From Lepidodermella squamata (Eukaryota > Animalia > Gastrotricha): a DNA stretch of 64,000 nucleotides. This document shows, piece after piece, positions 60,133 through 64,000 of this stretch. Below the pieces are notes generated by a model. The model ran no database searches and was not told the origin of the DNA. It saw only the letters and a list, made by a program, of their open reading frames with translations. The position numbers and the translations under genes were made by a program. Every line of letters begins with the position of its first letter. Within the stretch, counting starts at the first letter, position 1. The stretch spans positions 2,542,001 through 2,606,000 of the forward strand of contig JBLDXI010000004.1 in the NCBI GenBank assembly GCA_047495785.1. The letters are read 5' to 3'.

Positions 60133-60147
60133 CCGCGTGGGATAATG
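60133..60147 (+). promoter_or_regulatory. Cluster-conserved upstream motif variant (gene H)
   Basis: CCGCGTGGGATAATG. Confidence 0.55.
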
Positions 60148-60218
60148 CTATAGAACCAGGCGTCAACATAAGCAAGTGAAACCGTGGATCCTCCGAGCGA
60201 GAAAAGACTACATTTTTG

Positions 60219-63200
60219 ATGATGATTTTTCTTCTAATATGCGTGAACTATCTTATAACACAAGCATACGCTGCTTGCCGGGGATCTTCATGCACAACAG
60301 CGGCGATGGCAATAGTAGCGATAACCACTTGGACTATAGCGACTTCGCAGAACACAACAGTGCTATCGACCACAACGATTGCTGTAACTAGTGGCTACTG
60401 CGGAGATGGCATAGTACAGGCCAATCTCAACGAGGAATGTGATGATGGAAACATGGTATCGAACGATGGATGCAATTCGGCTTGCAAGTTGGAAGGTGAG
60501 GGCTAGTTTTCAAGTAGGTAACGCTACTTTCAAAATTGAAGAAAAACCGTTAACAATTGAAAAATGGCGTTGGGCAAAGTTTTACGCATGGTGAGATTTT
60601 AGAAGTGAACGAGACATCGATAGAAGCAAACGAAAAGGTCATCGAAAAGACGCGGTAAAAATTTTATAAAATCAAGGAGGAGGAGGATGGGAGCTTCTTA
60701 GGTGTATTCTGCTCTATATCAGCTAAAAAGGTCCTGTTTGTCGGCCCATTCCTAGTCACAGCGCTGCAGAAATAGGGATCTGCAGAGGGATTTCTTGTAC
60801 AGGTAATCGCTAGCCATGGAGAAATACAATTTTCCCCGATCTAGAACTCTGAGAGAGTTTGGCGTAAAAAATCCTACTATTCTTTATACTGTGTTTGTAT
60901 TTCAAAGTCTCCTGTGCCAACTGCACTAGTCCGAACCAGAAATGCCTGCCGAACAACACATGTACGTGCGTTGCTCCGTCGCAGCAAACATGCCAGCCGC
61001 CAAGCAATTGCAGCATTCTGGTGATTCGGCCTGTTTTTCAAATCCCAGGCTGCAACGCTCTTTGCCAGCAAAATGACTACGCATTTAGCTATCCCGAGCC
61101 AAATCCTGAACTGAACCAAGACTTCCAGTGGAGGAAGATAAGCGGCCTGACTGGCAATTGTACTTCATTTGAATCCATCAGCAGGCCGAACTATGTCCTA
61201 CGTCACTCCTACTTCAGGCTCTTTCTGACCTGGAACAATGGCGACCCGTGGCTCGCTTTGGATGCGACGTTTTGCAGAAGGTCACTAGTATCCGGGGTTA
61301 GATACGAGGCTGTAAACTTCCCTGGGTTTTTCATCCATGTCGATTCGAACAACGACATTTTCCTTCGTCAGGATGACTCTTCAGCGGATTTCGCGACGCG
61401 TTCAACTTTTTATGAAACATCGTTGGGTAGGTTGCGATTTTACAGCATTTCACGGTTTGATTGTTTTCTTCCACGACAGCAACGCCTATAACTACCACTA
61501 GCTCCTCGACAACAGTGAGTACTTCAACGACTGTTACCACGACACATTCACCGTCTATCCCACCATCAACTACGACTGTTACCACGACAGGTACGAGAAG
61601 TACTGTCTTTCGATAAAACAGTGGCTGACTTGTGCGCTAAACGCCAAGATGAAATGTTCACCAATATTTGGGCCGCGCGCTGATGTCAAAGAGCTGTTTT
61701 AAACTGTGCAAGGGTTTTTTTATACCAAATTCGTAAGATCAGCTTTCCCATTTCCCCTTCCGCTATGATAATTTCCGTCTTATGTCTTTTCCACTGGAAG
61801 CAAACTTGCCTAAGAACCCGCCACTTCACGCAACCATTCATTTTAGCTCCAAGATTTTGCGTACAAAACGTCACTGTGGATGGCGCGTTGTTAACCTAAT
61901 TCCCAGGTAATAAATATCTCCGATAAAGCTTTTTCACAGGATGATGCCATCCAACTTAAAATCCTGTGAAATGCCGTTTTTTTCAAAAATGACAATTTTT
62001 TATCAGAAGTCGCGGATTTGGTTCATCATCAATTTTTTCTCTCGAATCCCATTCAGGTGAATATTTGAGGAGAGTTTATCCCAGACTAGATCTATTGACT
62101 GATTGCATTGAATAATTCCTCATGGTTATGAAGTTGTTTGAAAAAGCGAGGCGAAAAAGCTTGCGCAAAATTTTTGAAACCCTATGTTACAAAAAATGTA
62201 ATGGATCGCAAGGAATAATGTTTCTCATAGCATAGTAACGATCGATTGACCAATCGGCTTGCGCAACAGAAGTGGACAGAGGGTTTCTATGCTGATGAGC
62301 TAAATTGTCGTCATTAACGATTAACGCTTTTTCGCATCAACCCTCAACGTTGTTTACTATATTACTCATACTCATTGCTAGTAATTTTCAGTGAAAGAAT
62401 ATCTTGACTTGAGCGCGTGTTCCACATTCTTCCAAAACAGAAACGCCTACAACTAATGCAAGTTCATCGACAACAGTGAGTACTTCAACGACTATAACTA
62501 CGACACATTCACCGTCTATGCCGACATCAACTACGACTGCAATAGCAACAATAAGTGCTTCGACTATTGTGGCCTCGCAGGAGTCGTCAACAACAACGAT
62601 TGGTTCTACAGAGGCTACGCCAGATTTTTCAAACACTCTCATATCAAATTCAACAACAGTGGCAGCAATAAGTAGTTCGACTTCGACTATAGTGAGTTCG
62701 CTGAGTACAGCATCGCTATCGACCACGACAATTGCTGTGAACTACTGTGGAGATGGCATAGTGCAGGCCGATCTCAACGAGGAGTGTGACGATGCGAATA
62801 CGCTATCGAATGATGGGTGCGATTCGGCTTGCAGGTTTGAAGGTAGAGATTTTGAGCATCTCCTTGAACTGAAGAAAAACGCACGGAACTGCGCTTGATA
62901 AAAGGTTTACTTTATTATTGTTCGATAACATTACCCATTCCAAATTTCCAAAAAGAGGGTTCAGAATCGTACAATGTCCTATCTCCAATAAGGTGGTTCA
63001 ATTTTCGCAGCCATCCCTATGACGTCAATATTAAGAAATAAGAAGGTTTTAAGGATATTAATCTGTTTGAATTTGTTCAGCACTGAACGCCAAGATGGAT
63101 ATCTATTTTGCGATCGACAGTTCTCGTTCGATTCCTATGACGCACATCCCAACACTGAATGGCCTTTTAAAAGTTCTTACGAAACAAATTATTCAAATTG

Positions 63201-64000
63201 CGCCATCAACACAGGTATGTGCCGTGCCTGTAAAAAATACTCACTGTGAACATGAAATTTGAGCAGCTTGGAGTACTCATGTTTGGCGGTCGTGTTGCTG
63301 GCAGACGCATCCTATCCTTAGCAGAAAGCAACATACAATTCACAGAGTCGATTTCGATTAGTTCTTTCTACGACAAACTAGCATACTTCAAAGGCCCAGG
63401 AAATGTCTCTAATGCGCTCAATAGGCTCAGAGACCCGGCGATTTTCAGCCCGGAAGGTCGGTTAATACCTTCCAAATTTCAAAAACAAAAACCATCAACT
63501 ATTTTTTCAGATGGATCACGGGTTGATGCAATAAAAGTTGTTGTCATTATAACCGCATCCCCAAGCTCTGACCTTTCAGCAGTGGAAGAACAATCATTGT
63601 GGAACCGCTGGTAAGTTGAACTTCGGCGCGCACGCTGATTGGTCAATTTATCGTTGCTAGTGACTCCGGAATGAAACAATTTAGTCGTGCGATCCACTAA
63701 TAAATTATTTTCTATTTATGCAAAAAATGACCTTGCCACACCCTCTGCACGGTTTCCATTGACCACGAGCGTAAACTCCATATTAATGGTGGTAAATTGC
63801 TGCGGCAAAAAACACTTGTTGAAAAAGATCTTATGGATCGCACGACCAACATGTTTCATCCGGGAGTCATAGCAACGATCGATTGACCAATCAGCGTGCG
63901 CATTGGATTGGACTTTTAAGTGGTCACACAATGATTGAGTTACGTAGCGTTGTCGAACCGGCGCATAATTTTGGTTCAATTACAGTCTAGCGACAAACAT
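60219..64000 (+). CDS. Gene H: SP-MyxoCys-AbfB-mucin-mucin-MyxoCys-vWA, last exon disrupted by a transposon and running off the window; exons 60219-60495, 60908-61426, 61480-61590, 62441-62842, 63081-63214, 63267-63456, 63511-
   Basis: Same architecture as genes B and E. EEQ|[10 protein letters not shown] is split by a 339-bp insertion, giving a TAA at 63612-63614. Confidence 0.7.
61872..62393. mobile_element. Probable CACTA/CMC-like element remnant in an intron of gene H
   Basis: CACTG...CAGTG ends; shares ATGGATCGCA and AACGATCGATTGACCAATC with the 63595 insertion. No TSD seen. Confidence 0.4.
63595..63933. mobile_element. CACTA/CMC-like MITE inserted in a vWA exon
   Basis: Ends CATTGTGGAACCGCT / AGTGGTCACACAATG; 2-bp TSD AT. 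Removing it restores CAA TTG AGT TAC (QLSY), as in the paralogues. Confidence 0.8.

Noticed and set aside
63595-63933. Insertion as a self-removing introner via its GTAAG donor at 63611
   Set aside because: The nearby AG acceptors (63872, 63894, 63920) give frameshifts or an in-frame TAA, so splicing does not restore the protein.
1-64000. Assigning a species or phylum (e.g. an acoel or other small marine invertebrate)
   Set aside because: Gene content supports an invertebrate animal, but nothing in the window fixes the taxon without a database search.

Overview
This is eukaryotic, most likely invertebrate animal, genomic DNA: GT-AG introns mostly ~50-60 bp, a Cys-loop receptor, alpha-arrestins and U2 snRNA. 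It is not bacterial, so the six-frame ORF track fragments the real spliced genes. The window is dominated by a + strand tandem cluster of 8 near-complete genes (called A-H here) plus at least 5 relics. They encode secreted modular proteins built from a shared kit: signal peptide, tandem atypical C-type-lectin domains (CTLD) and/or a Cys-rich linker plus AbfB/CBM42-like (arabinofuranose-binding-type) domain, Ser/Thr mucin stalk, Myxococcus-type Cys-rich module ([25 protein letters not shown]) and a C-terminal vWA domain. Heads are mixed combinatorially (CTLD only, AbfB only, CTLD+AbfB, AbfB+AbfB) through phase-1 introns, and most copies share a CAGCGTGGGATAATG upstream motif. Interspersed are a NEK-like pseudokinase fused to 14 ankyrin repeats (most highly conserved internally), two tRNA-Gly(TCC)+U2 snRNA cassettes, a SAT-like GNAT, a Cys-loop ion-channel subunit, an ankyrin-SOCS-box gene, a convergent pair of alpha-arrestins, two toxin/defensin-like 6-Cys secreted peptide genes, and several non-autonomous DNA transposons (hAT, piggyBac-like, Harbinger, CACTA-like). 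All exon structures were deduced by eye from splice signals and frame continuity. Domain names come from motif recognition, not database searches.
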